A stretch of 64,000 nt of DNA. It comes from an uncultured Pseudohongiella sp. GTDB lineage: Bacteria > Pseudomonadota > Gammaproteobacteria > Pseudomonadales > Pseudohongiellaceae. Below are positions 18,128 through 26,572 of this stretch, piece after piece. The notes under the pieces are model-generated. The model was given only the letters and a program-made list of their open reading frames with translations, had not been told where the DNA came from and did no database searches. The stretch covers positions 17-64,016 of the forward strand of contig CAYGRR010000004.1 in NCBI GenBank assembly GCA_964352295.1, given 5' to 3'. The stretch's first letter is position 1, and each line of letters begins with the position of its first letter. The position numbers and the translations under genes are program-made.

Positions 18128-19483
18128 TTGCAGAATTGGCGCTCTGAATTAAAGCGGCTCTGTCTGTTGCTGTCCCTCGCAGCGATAGTCGGCTACGCGG
18201 CAGGTAATGTCAGCTGGGTCATGCTGGCGAGTCTTGGCGCCTACTACTTATACAACCTCTACCAGCTGCGCCGTTTCAATCTCTGGCTCAATCGAGCTTC
18301 ATCGGAGATCCATTCGGAGCCCCCTGAGAGTTTTGGGCTGTGGGGCGATATTTTCGACGGCATCTACCGCCTGCAGAAGCAGGAGCGGCGGGCAAGCTCC
18401 TATCTAGCCAACATTATCGACAAGGCACAGGAGTCTTCGGCGGCGCTGGAAATGGCCGTGGTCATGATCAATAAGCAGGGGAATCTTGATTGGTGGAATT
18501 TCGCTGCGGAGAATCTATTAGGCCTGCAGTACCCGAAGGATCGCTACCAGTCGATTACCAACCTCATTCGCAATCCTAAGTTTTCAGAGTATTTCCACAA
18601 TGAGAATTACGCAGAAACTCTAAAAATGGAGGCCCCAGGTGAGAGCAGCCAAATACTGGAGTTCCAAATCGCCCTATTTGGTGAGAATGAGCGCCTGATG
18701 ATCGTCCGCGACATCACTCAATTGCATCGCCTCGAGTCTATGCGTAAAGATTTTGTCGGCAATGTTTCTCATGAACTCGGAACACCCATAACCGTCATCA
18801 AAGGCTATTTAGAAGCCATACTCGACAATCGGGATAGTCTCGACAAGAAATGGCACAAACCTCTGCAACAGATGCGCCAGCAATCGCTGCGCATGGAGAA
18901 CATCGTTCGTGACCTGCTAATGCTTTCCAGTCTCGAGACCAAGGGTCTGGGCAAGAAGCAGGACATCATCGAGCTGCAGAGTCTGTTTTCAGAAATTGAG
19001 AGTGACACTAAAAAGATGTTCAAGGATAAGGCGCATAGCTTTTCGATCGCCGCTATCCCCACCCTCTCGATTGTCGGCAAACGCAGCGAACTGTACAGTG
19101 CTATTTCAAATCTGGTCGTAAACGCCGCGAAATACACGCCGGCCGGTGGTCACATAAAACTTTGCGCAGAAATGGGATTGGATTCCCTGGACATAGCGGT
19201 AGAAGACGATGGTATCGGGATAGAGGAGCATCACATCCCGAGACTCACCGAGCGCTTCTATCGAATCGATAGTAGCCGTTCTTCGGATACCGGTGGAACC
19301 GGCCTAGGGCTTGCCATCGTGAAGCATATACTAGCCAGACACGAAGGAGAGTTAGAGGTAGAGAGTACCCCTGGCAAAGGTAGCCGCTTCATCTGCAAGA
19401 TACCTTTAAGCAGAGTCGCTATGAGCGCAGAAGTAGACCTGGGAATAAAGGATACGACCGACAGCAACTCGGAGCCTGCCTAA
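18128..19483 (+). CDS. phoR: Phosphate regulon sensor histidine kinase PhoR
   Basis: Two N-terminal TM segments, a PAS-like region, the H-box FVGNVSHELGTPIT and HATPase motifs (DDGIGI, GGTGLGLAIV). TTG start. Confidence 0.85.
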   Translation: MQNWRSELKRLCLLLSLAAIVGYAAGNVSWVMLASLGAYYLYNLYQLRRFNLWLNRASSEIHSEPPESFGLWGDIFDGIYRLQKQERRASSYLANIIDKAQESSAALEMAVVMINKQGNLDWWNFAAENLLGLQYPKDRYQSITNLIRNPKFSEYFHNENYAETLKMEAPGESSQILEFQIALFGENERLMIVRDITQLHRLESMRKDFVGNVSHELGTPITVIKGYLEAILDNRDSLDKKWHKPLQQMRQQSLRMENIVRDLLMLSSLETKGLGKKQDIIELQSLFSEIESDTKKMFKDKAHSFSIAAIPTLSIVGKRSELYSAISNLVVNAAKYTPAGGHIKLCAEMGLDSLDIAVEDDGIGIEEHHIPRLTERFYRIDSSRSSDTGGTGLGLAIVKHILARHEGELEVESTPGKGSRFICKIPLSRVAMSAEVDLGIKDTTDSNSEPA

Positions 19484-20205
19484 TCGCCATTCAATACCTT
19501 GTCGGCTACTTTCGCGCGGGGAGCATGTCGCACATCCATGCCCTTCACCAAATAGATGACGTGTTCAGATATATTTTTCGCATGATCCCCAATGCGCTCC
19601 AATGCACGTAAGGCCCACAATAGATTCAGCATACGACTAATGCTTCTAGGGTCTTCCATCATATAGGTAATTAGCGAGCGCATGGCCGAGCCATATTCGT
19701 TGTCGACTATTAAATCATCGTCAACAATCTCCAATGCGGACTCCGCATCGTAGCGTGCGAAAGCGTCTAGAGTCAGATTTACCATGCGCGCCACGCGCTC
19801 GCCCAGGTGCCTGAACTCCACTATTCCCTCTGGGAAATCGCCTTCCTCCGACAGCTTGATAGCCATGCGCGCAATTTTCGAAGACTCATCGCCTATCCGT
19901 TCCAAGTCTCGAACTGTCTTGATAATCGTTAGCACAAGGCGCAGGTCGCTCGCCGCAGGCTGTCGTCTGGCAAGAATCAGATTACACTCTTCGTCGATTC
20001 GTATTTCCATCGAATCGATTACGTCTTCCTGCTCCAACACTTCGGCCGCTATTCCGCTATCGGCGGATGTAATCGAAGTGAGGGCGTCGGCCAATTGCTT
20101 CTCTACGGCGCCGCCCATCTCCAACAGCTGGTTTTTTACTTCTTCCAGCTCCGCATTAAACTGCTTCGAAATATGAGCGCTGTGACCCTTAGCTTGAGTG
20201 ATCAT
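19480..20205 (-). CDS. phoU: Phosphate signalling complex protein PhoU
   Basis: 241 aa with two PhoU repeats (RDLERIGDES / RALERIGDHAKN). Last gene of the pst operon. Confidence 0.9.
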   Translation of the reverse strand: MITQAKGHSAHISKQFNAELEEVKNQLLEMGGAVEKQLADALTSITSADSGIAAEVLEQEDVIDSMEIRIDEECNLILARRQPAASDLRLVLTIIKTVRDLERIGDESSKIARMAIKLSEEGDFPEGIVEFRHLGERVARMVNLTLDAFARYDAESALEIVDDDLIVDNEYGSAMRSLITYMMEDPRSISRMLNLLWALRALERIGDHAKNISEHVIYLVKGMDVRHAPRAKVADKVLNGD

Positions 20206-20237
20206 TGTAATTTCCTGTCAATACTGACGTATTTGTC

Positions 20238-21101
20238 CTAACCATAACGGCCAGTGATATAGTCTTCCGTTTGCTTCTGTTGCGGATTCGTGAATATTGT
20301 GTTCGTTGAATCGAACTCAACCATGTTGCCCATGTACATAAAGGCGGTGAAATCTGACACTCGCGCGGCCTGCTGCATATTGTGCGTCACGATTACGATT
20401 GTGTAATCTGTTTTCAGCTCGTTGATTAACTCTTCTATCTTCAGTGTAGAGATAGGATCCAGTGCAGAAGCCGGCTCGTCTAGCAATAAAACTTCTGGCT
20501 CTACTGCTATCGTCCTAGCGATAACCAGACGCTGCTGCTGACCGCCAGACATTCCAAGGGCGCTATCGTTAAGCCTGTCCTTTACTTCGTCCCAAAGCGC
20601 AGCAGCCTTTAGTGATTTCTCTACCGCCTCATCCAGGACACGCTTCGAGTTAATTCCTTGAATGCGTAAGCCATAGGCGACATTCTCATAGATCGATTTG
20701 GGAAAGGGATTAGGCTTCTGAAACACCATGCCTACGCGGCGCCGCAGATCGGCCACGTCGACAGATTTCTGATAGATATCATCCCCGTCTAAAGAAACAA
20801 GTCCCTCAATAATGCAATCGTCTACCAGGTCATTCATACGATTAAAGCAGCGGAGTAGACTAGACTTTCCACAGCCGCTCGGCCCGATAAACGCTGTCAC
20901 GCGCTGCCTCGGAATAGTGAGATTGATATCGATAAGGGCCTGCTTGTCTTTCGAATAGAAGAGATTCAAATTCTCAATATCGATACAGCTGGAGAGAGCC
21001 TCACCGCCGGTCTTCGTCCTATCGCCAAGCACAGCGGAAACATCCACTTTGTGTGTACGGGAGGATGAATCTTCTGCCTGCTCACTGCTCATATTATTCA
21101 T
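20238..21101 (-). CDS. pstB: Phosphate ABC transporter ATP-binding protein PstB
   Basis: Walker [10 protein letters not shown], signature LSGGQQQR, and the PstB-specific C-terminal end YITGRYG. Confidence 0.95.
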   Translation of the reverse strand: MNNMSSEQAEDSSSRTHKVDVSAVLGDRTKTGGEALSSCIDIENLNLFYSKDKQALIDINLTIPRQRVTAFIGPSGCGKSSLLRCFNRMNDLVDDCIIEGLVSLDGDDIYQKSVDVADLRRRVGMVFQKPNPFPKSIYENVAYGLRIQGINSKRVLDEAVEKSLKAAALWDEVKDRLNDSALGMSGGQQQRLVIARTIAVEPEVLLLDEPASALDPISTLKIEELINELKTDYTIVIVTHNMQQAARVSDFTAFMYMGNMVEFDSTNTIFTNPQQKQTEDYITGRYG

Positions 21102-21127
21102 TACGATCTAGTCCGTTTTAAAATTTG

Positions 21128-22825
21128 TTATACATCCAAGGATTTGTACTTTTCCCTTAGATGATTTCGTAATGCCACAGCGGTCAGGTTTAATCCGGCT
21201 ATGACAATAACCAGTAGCAATGCGGTCGCGAACACCAGAGGTCTGGCGGCCTCGATGTTCGGGCTCTGAAAACCAACATCATAGATGTGAAAGCCCAAGT
21301 GCATAAACTTCTGCTCCAGATGCAAATAGGGGTAGTTACCATCCAAGGGCAATGAAGGCGCCAGCTTAACCACGCCAACGAGCATAAGCGGCGCCACCTC
21401 GCCCGCTGCCCTGGCGACGGCGAGAATCAAACCAGTCATCATCGCCGGGCTTGCCATGGGCAATACGACCCGCCAGAGCGTTTCGAATTTAGTTGCACCG
21501 AGCGCGAGGCTCCCCTCCCGCACGCTTCTTGGTATCCTGGCCAGCCCTTCCTCTGTCGCCACGATTACAACCGGCACCGTGAGCAAGGCCAGCGTCAATG
21601 AAGCCCAGAGCAAACCCGGAGTACCAAACGTTGGCGCCGGCAAGGCTTCTGGATAAAAAACCTGATCGATCTCGGCGCCAATAATGTAAATAAAGAAGCC
21701 GAGGCCAAATACACCGTAGACGATAGAAGGCACGCCTGCAAGATTGTTCACCGCAATTCGAATCACTCGCGTAACAAAGCCTTGGCGCGCGTATTCACGC
21801 AGGTAGACTGCCGCGACCACACCGAACGGCGTCACAAACACAGACATAAGCATCACCATCATCACCGTGCCGAAGATAGCCGGAAAGATGCCCCCTTCGG
21901 TATTCGCTTCGCGAGGCTCGTCGGCCATGAACTCACCGAGCTTCGCAAAGTAGGTGAACAATTTCTCGAGCATGCCCATCTGATTCGGCTTATAGGCACG
22001 AACAATATCCGAGAAGCGGATCTCGATCTGCTGTCCGTTAGCGGCTATAAATACAGCTGAATCCCTGTTAACAGTTTCATAGAGTGCAATAAGGTCATTC
22101 TGTAGAACTGTGTAGTTGGTATCGAGCTCGGTCCTAAGCCCCGCAATCTCGGCTGCCGCCTCCGGCGACTCTTCTCCATCTAACTCGAGGCGACGTTCGC
22201 GCAAGCGCAGACGCTCCATCGCGTAATTGATTTGCCCTATTTCCTGATTCTCTATCTCGTAGATATCTTCTCTAATGTCTAACGCCCGTTCTAGACGACT
22301 ATTAAATTCGATCCATCGATTCGCGGCGAGTTCGGCATCCGTTCCAGTTAGATTTATCTGCTCTCCGTCCTGACGGATTCCTTGCAGGAAACCATAGAAA
22401 TTACCCCATTCCCTCCGCTCCATCGCCACAACTTCTTCTGGATACTCGATGTCAGTTACGAAGTCACTCAGCGCCCAGGTAAAATCTGCGCCCGTAACAT
22501 CCCTGTTTCCGAGCTTTAGCAACTGCCTTTCATAGAATTCTTGCGCCTCATCGACCGGAATACCCGAGGAGGCTATCTGCGCTCCGAGCACCATCTCGCT
22601 CTCGACGAATTCGCCGATTACCTGCGTTGTGAGCAATTCTCCGCTAGAGGTTGGCGGCGCATAGTTAGCCTGCAACACATCTCTAGGCCAGAAATGACTC
22701 ATGCCTCGCACAGTAAGCAGGATGAGCAAGCCTATTACCATAACGATACTGATAGCGACGGCGCCGGCATTAAGCCAGACCCAGGGGGTGCCTCTACGCA
22801 TCCACGTTGAAAGTTCGTTATTCAT
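21128..22825 (-). CDS. pstA: Phosphate ABC transporter permease PstA, long form
   Basis: 565 aa. One TM helix, an extracytoplasmic insert of about 270 aa, then the conserved permease core (EGSLALGATKFETLWRVVLP). Confidence 0.9.
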   Translation of the reverse strand: MNNELSTWMRRGTPWVWLNAGAVAISIVMVIGLLILLTVRGMSHFWPRDVLQANYAPPTSSGELLTTQVIGEFVESEMVLGAQIASSGIPVDEAQEFYERQLLKLGNRDVTGADFTWALSDFVTDIEYPEEVVAMERREWGNFYGFLQGIRQDGEQINLTGTDAELAANRWIEFNSRLERALDIREDIYEIENQEIGQINYAMERLRLRERRLELDGEESPEAAAEIAGLRTELDTNYTVLQNDLIALYETVNRDSAVFIAANGQQIEIRFSDIVRAYKPNQMGMLEKLFTYFAKLGEFMADEPREANTEGGIFPAIFGTVMMVMLMSVFVTPFGVVAAVYLREYARQGFVTRVIRIAVNNLAGVPSIVYGVFGLGFFIYIIGAEIDQVFYPEALPAPTFGTPGLLWASLTLALLTVPVVIVATEEGLARIPRSVREGSLALGATKFETLWRVVLPMASPAMMTGLILAVARAAGEVAPLMLVGVVKLAPSLPLDGNYPYLHLEQKFMHLGFHIYDVGFQSPNIEAARPLVFATALLLVIVIAGLNLTAVALRNHLREKYKSLDV

Positions 22826-25167
22826 ATTGTGCTGTACTTCGTTCTGAGGCGTTGACGAACAACTTCCGCAATTGTGTTAAATACGAAAGTAAAAGTGAAA
22901 AGCACCAGGGCCGCCAGGAACAGTATCCGGTAGTGTGTACTATCGACTTCAGACTCTGGAATCTCTACTGCGATATTGGCGGCAAGCGTGCGCATGCCCT
23001 CGAAGATATTGATATCCATGATGGGCGTGTTTCCAGTTGCCATCAACACGATCATCGTCTCACCGACTGCCCTGCCCATACCAATCATCAGTGCACTAAA
23101 TATGCCCGGACTCGCCGTGGGCAGTACGACACGCTGAAGGCTCTGCCAAGGAGTCGCACCTAAGGCTAGAGAGCCGTAAGTCAATTGTTTAGGAACCGTA
23201 AAGATTGCATCTTCCGCAATCGAGAATATCGTCGGTATCACTGCGAAACCCATGGCGAACCCTACCACCATCGCATTCCGCTGATCGTAGCTAATCCCGA
23301 GATCGTTAGTTATCCAGAAGCGCATATCCCCGCCAAAAAAAGCACTCTCTATTGGTACGGCGAGCGCGAAGGAAAGATACGAAAATAACAGAATGACAGG
23401 AATCAGAATGGCTGCCTCCCATCCGTCAGGTACAGATTCACGGATGACTCTTGGCAATTTCGTCCATGCGAAACTCGCCGCCAAGATACTCAATGGCAGG
23501 ACCACTAGTATAGAAAAAATACCGAGCAAATTCTTTTCAACAAAAGGAGCGAGCCACAGGCCTGCTAGAAAGCCCAGTACCACTGTCGGCAGCGCCTCCA
23601 TCAATTCGATCAGCGGCTTGACCTTACGCCGCATAGCGGGGGCCATGAAATAGCCGGTGAATATGGCACCACAGATGGCCAGAGGCGCCGCTAGCAGCAT
23701 CGCGTAGAACGCTGCCTTCAGAGTTCCAAACGACAGGGGCACCAAGGAATATTTCGGCTCGAATTCATTGCTGGAGGCTGAGGACTGCCAAATGTAATCC
23801 GGCTCCGAATACCCCTCGTACCAGACCTTATCCCAGAGTACAGACCAGGACACCTCCGGATGCTCGTTGTGCACCTCCCAGAAGCCGATAGTTCCGTCTA
23901 CTGTCTCCAACAGCAGCCCGTCGCCCCGAGGCGAAAGCGCCAGCAAATTCGGTCTCGCTTCGCTAATATCTTCGGTAAACACGGCACGGTGCGCCGTCGT
24001 ATTGTAGATAGCTAAGCCACCCTGATCGTCCACACTGATAAAATTCTTGCGCCGCTGTTCCGGCGTCATGCGCAGTATCGGTCGTTCCCCAGGGCTAAAC
24101 TCACGGGCCTTCTGCAGCCTTGTAGACTGACCCACCTCGCGTGAGAGAAACCACTGCGATATGGCTCCAGAGTCATCGGCTACCAACAAGGAGATTCCAC
24201 CCAGAAGGAAAACTACCTGAGTCGGTCTGACTCCGTTCTCGGTTAGAATCGTCTGAATCCCGAAGCTGTCGCTGACTCCATTCATCAACGCAACTATGTC
24301 CAACGCGCGAATGAGCCCACTGCTGGATATAAAGTAGAGCCAGCGCTGATCTCCGCCGATAAACATCTGCTCAACGTCCTGAACCGAAACCTCTACATTG
24401 TAATCCGCTATGTCGAAGTCAGGATCGCCGCCACCCAAGTCAAACGCGGAGAACAGGTTAGATTGCTTCGTTGCCGTGATAAGCCTGACCGCGCCGTTTT
24501 CATTGAGCCCGGTAAGCATTAGTGTATCGCCCTTGGAGCGCACAGCCAGTTGAATTAGTTCGGTATCAGAGAACAGAGTGAAGGCTTGTTCGCCGAAAGG
24601 AAAGTCGATGACGGGGGTTAGCGTTCGCAGATTGTTCTCACCAACGAAACTCGTCTCATAGCCGTAGCGAGAGACCAGCACCTCGCCAGTGTCTAGACCA
24701 AGGGCAAAAATGCCACTCTCTTCTGTGTCCAAAGCGAAATGGGCGACACTGCTGCCAGCAGGCAACGCCAGCTCCATAGATGCAACGGTCGATCCATCAC
24801 TAGTATTAAAGAACAGGAGATCTGCCCTATCGCCAATGCGCATGCCTATCTCGGACTGCTCTTCTATAGCGAGATGCAACGAATTGGAATCGGCCCGGTT
24901 TTCTATCCGGTACTCACCTACTTTTTCGAGTGTTGCAGATTCGAAGAGTGGCAGTACCTCGTAGAATAGGTACATGAAGATGAGAAGTATTGCGAGAATG
25001 ACGCTGACGCCACCGATAGCAATCGCCACACTTGCAGACTGATCGTAGAAATGGCGTAGTTTACGCCGCAGGACCATTCCCTTGGAGGCCATGTCGAGAA
25101 AAGAAGCGCCTTCGGTTGGGCCATCCCCATTCTGACTGTTAGCTACTTGCTGCACTTCGTTTGACAT
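22822..25167 (-). CDS. pstC: Phosphate ABC transporter permease PstC, long form with large N-terminal periplasmic domain
   Basis: Permease core with YGSLALGATPWQSLQRVVLP, preceded by about 400 non-membrane residues after the first TM. Start set to the ATG at 25167 (MSNEVQQ) because the ORF-track TTG at 25224 sits inside the pstS-pstC hairpin. Start remains uncertain. Confidence 0.85.
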   Translation of the reverse strand: MSNEVQQVANSQNGDGPTEGASFLDMASKGMVLRRKLRHFYDQSASVAIAIGGVSVILAILLIFMYLFYEVLPLFESATLEKVGEYRIENRADSNSLHLAIEEQSEIGMRIGDRADLLFFNTSDGSTVASMELALPAGSSVAHFALDTEESGIFALGLDTGEVLVSRYGYETSFVGENNLRTLTPVIDFPFGEQAFTLFSDTELIQLAVRSKGDTLMLTGLNENGAVRLITATKQSNLFSAFDLGGGDPDFDIADYNVEVSVQDVEQMFIGGDQRWLYFISSSGLIRALDIVALMNGVSDSFGIQTILTENGVRPTQVVFLLGGISLLVADDSGAISQWFLSREVGQSTRLQKAREFSPGERPILRMTPEQRRKNFISVDDQGGLAIYNTTAHRAVFTEDISEARPNLLALSPRGDGLLLETVDGTIGFWEVHNEHPEVSWSVLWDKVWYEGYSEPDYIWQSSASSNEFEPKYSLVPLSFGTLKAAFYAMLLAAPLAICGAIFTGYFMAPAMRRKVKPLIELMEALPTVVLGFLAGLWLAPFVEKNLLGIFSILVVLPLSILAASFAWTKLPRVIRESVPDGWEAAILIPVILLFSYLSFALAVPIESAFFGGDMRFWITNDLGISYDQRNAMVVGFAMGFAVIPTIFSIAEDAIFTVPKQLTYGSLALGATPWQSLQRVVLPTASPGIFSALMIGMGRAVGETMIVLMATGNTPIMDINIFEGMRTLAANIAVEIPESEVDSTHYRILFLAALVLFTFTFVFNTIAEVVRQRLRTKYSTI

Positions 25168-25218
25168 GGAGCTCTCAAATCTCGATTCGCTTAGTTCTAT
25201 CCATTTCTCCTTCACATG

Positions 25219-25257
25219 CAACAAAGGTTCAGTCTTTAACAGGCTGAACCTTTGTTG
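25219..25257 (-). promoter_or_regulatory. Perfect 14-bp stem-loop in the pstS-pstC intergenic region
   Basis: CAACAAAGGTTCAG-N11-CTGAACCTTTGTTG. No U-run follows on the minus strand. Probably an mRNA-stabilising or partial-termination element. Confidence 0.7.
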
Positions 25258-25285
25258 AGTAAGGAGTAGCTTGCGCCCTGTTCTG

Positions 25286-26269
25286 CTATTGCGTATCCAG
25301 TCCTAGGTTGCGCATTGTGCCTTGCACTACTCTGCCCGGCAGAGGGATGTAGCCGTCCTTAAGTACCACTTCCTGCCCTGTCTTGGAAAGAATAAGTTTA
25401 ACAAATTCGCGCTCCAGAGGGGGCAATGGCTTGTTAGGTTCCTTGTTTACGTAGACATAAAGGAACCGCGCCAGTGGGTAATTGCCCGCCACGGAATTCT
25501 CAGGTGTGGCCTCAAAGAATTCGCTGCCTGCGTTCTTCGCCAGCGGCACAGCTCTCACGCTTGAGGTACGATAGCCAATACCAGAGTAGCCTATGCCGTT
25601 GATCGATGTGCTGACGGACTGAACCACCGAGGCCGACCCTGGCTGCTCATTTACATTACTCTTGAAGTCGCCGTCACAGAGCGCAGCGTCCTTAAAATAG
25701 CCATAGGTTCCGGAGACGGAATTGCGGCCAAACAGTTGAATGTCTCGACGCTCCCATGCCCCTGCCATATTCAAGTCTCCCCAGCTATTGATGCTACCGG
25801 TGGCACCGCAGCGCTGATTCGAGGAAAAAATGGCATCTACTTGCGAAATTGTCATGCCGGCGATCGGGTTGTCCTTGTGCACGTACACAGCAAGAGCATC
25901 AATCGCTACAGGAATGGCAGTCGGCTTATACCCGTAGCGCGATTCGAAGGCCTCGATCTCATTGTCCTTCATCTCGCGACTCATAGGACCAATGTTTGAG
26001 GTACGCTCGGTCAAGGCCGGTGGCGCGGTAGAGGAACCAGCCGCTTGAATCTGTATATTGACGTTCGGATATACTCGCTTGAAATCCTCGGCCCAGAGCG
26101 TCATCAAATTAGCGAGGGTATCGGAGCCCACACTTGATAGGTTTCCGGAGACGCCACTGGTGCGCTGGTACTCCGGGATGCCCTGGTCAATCTCTGCGCC
26201 AGAAACCGGCAAAGAGAGGGTGGCTAAGAGTGATAGTGCCAGAAAACTGCTTTTCGCTATGATGCGCAT
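25286..26269 (-). CDS. pstS: Phosphate-binding protein PstS
   Basis: Signal peptide [25 protein letters not shown] and a PBP-like sequence (GSDTLANLM...AAGSSTAP). Start moved to the ATG at 26269, which has an AGGAGG SD. Confidence 0.9.
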   Translation of the reverse strand: MRIIAKSSFLALSLLATLSLPVSGAEIDQGIPEYQRTSGVSGNLSSVGSDTLANLMTLWAEDFKRVYPNVNIQIQAAGSSTAPPALTERTSNIGPMSREMKDNEIEAFESRYGYKPTAIPVAIDALAVYVHKDNPIAGMTISQVDAIFSSNQRCGATGSINSWGDLNMAGAWERRDIQLFGRNSVSGTYGYFKDAALCDGDFKSNVNEQPGSASVVQSVSTSINGIGYSGIGYRTSSVRAVPLAKNAGSEFFEATPENSVAGNYPLARFLYVYVNKEPNKPLPPLEREFVKLILSKTGQEVVLKDGYIPLPGRVVQGTMRNLGLDTQ

Positions 26270-26314
26270 ATGACCTCCTGAGAGACAGAATAATGCCTTG
26301 AATTCGATGGAGGA

Positions 26315-26348
26315 ACTATACCCAAACAATATTACAGAATTATGACAA
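26315..26348 (-). promoter_or_regulatory. Pho-box promoter of pstS
   Basis: Minus strand has TTGTCATAATTCTGTAAT (26348..26331), a 10-nt spacer, then TATAGT (26320..26315). Confidence 0.7.
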
Positions 26349-26511
26349 TAGTATTTCAGCCGGATCGTGCAGAATAGCAGCATCTTACAACCGTAATCTC
26401 GTTTGGCGATTGTGTTAAGATGCAGGCACGGCCTGAGCTGCGGCAATTCGGAAGAAATTTTTCCAAGATTTAGAGGAATGGCTCAAATACTGATGGATGT
26501 CAGTGCGTAAT

Positions 26512-26556
26512 TTGTCATCATAACGTCATAATCGAGTCACAAATAAGCGTTACACT
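26512..26556 (+). promoter_or_regulatory. Pho-box promoter of ppk with three phased half-sites
   Basis: TTGTCAT (26512), ACGTCAT (26523) and GAGTCAC (26534) sit at exact 11-bp spacing. A 10-nt spacer is followed by TACACT at 26551..26556. Confidence 0.6.
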
Positions 26557-26572
26557 GCGAAACAATTAACCT

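Noticed and set aside
25175-25204. 9-codon upstream ORF (MDRTKRIEI) preceded by AAGGAG just before pstC.
   Set aside because: The SD-to-ATG spacing is only 2 nt, too short for efficient initiation. The AAGGAG is more likely fortuitous.
26270-26446. 59-codon N-terminal extension of pstS in the ORF track.
   Set aside because: The extension covers the Pho-box promoter. The internal ATG at 26269 has an AGGAGG SD and begins a textbook signal peptide.
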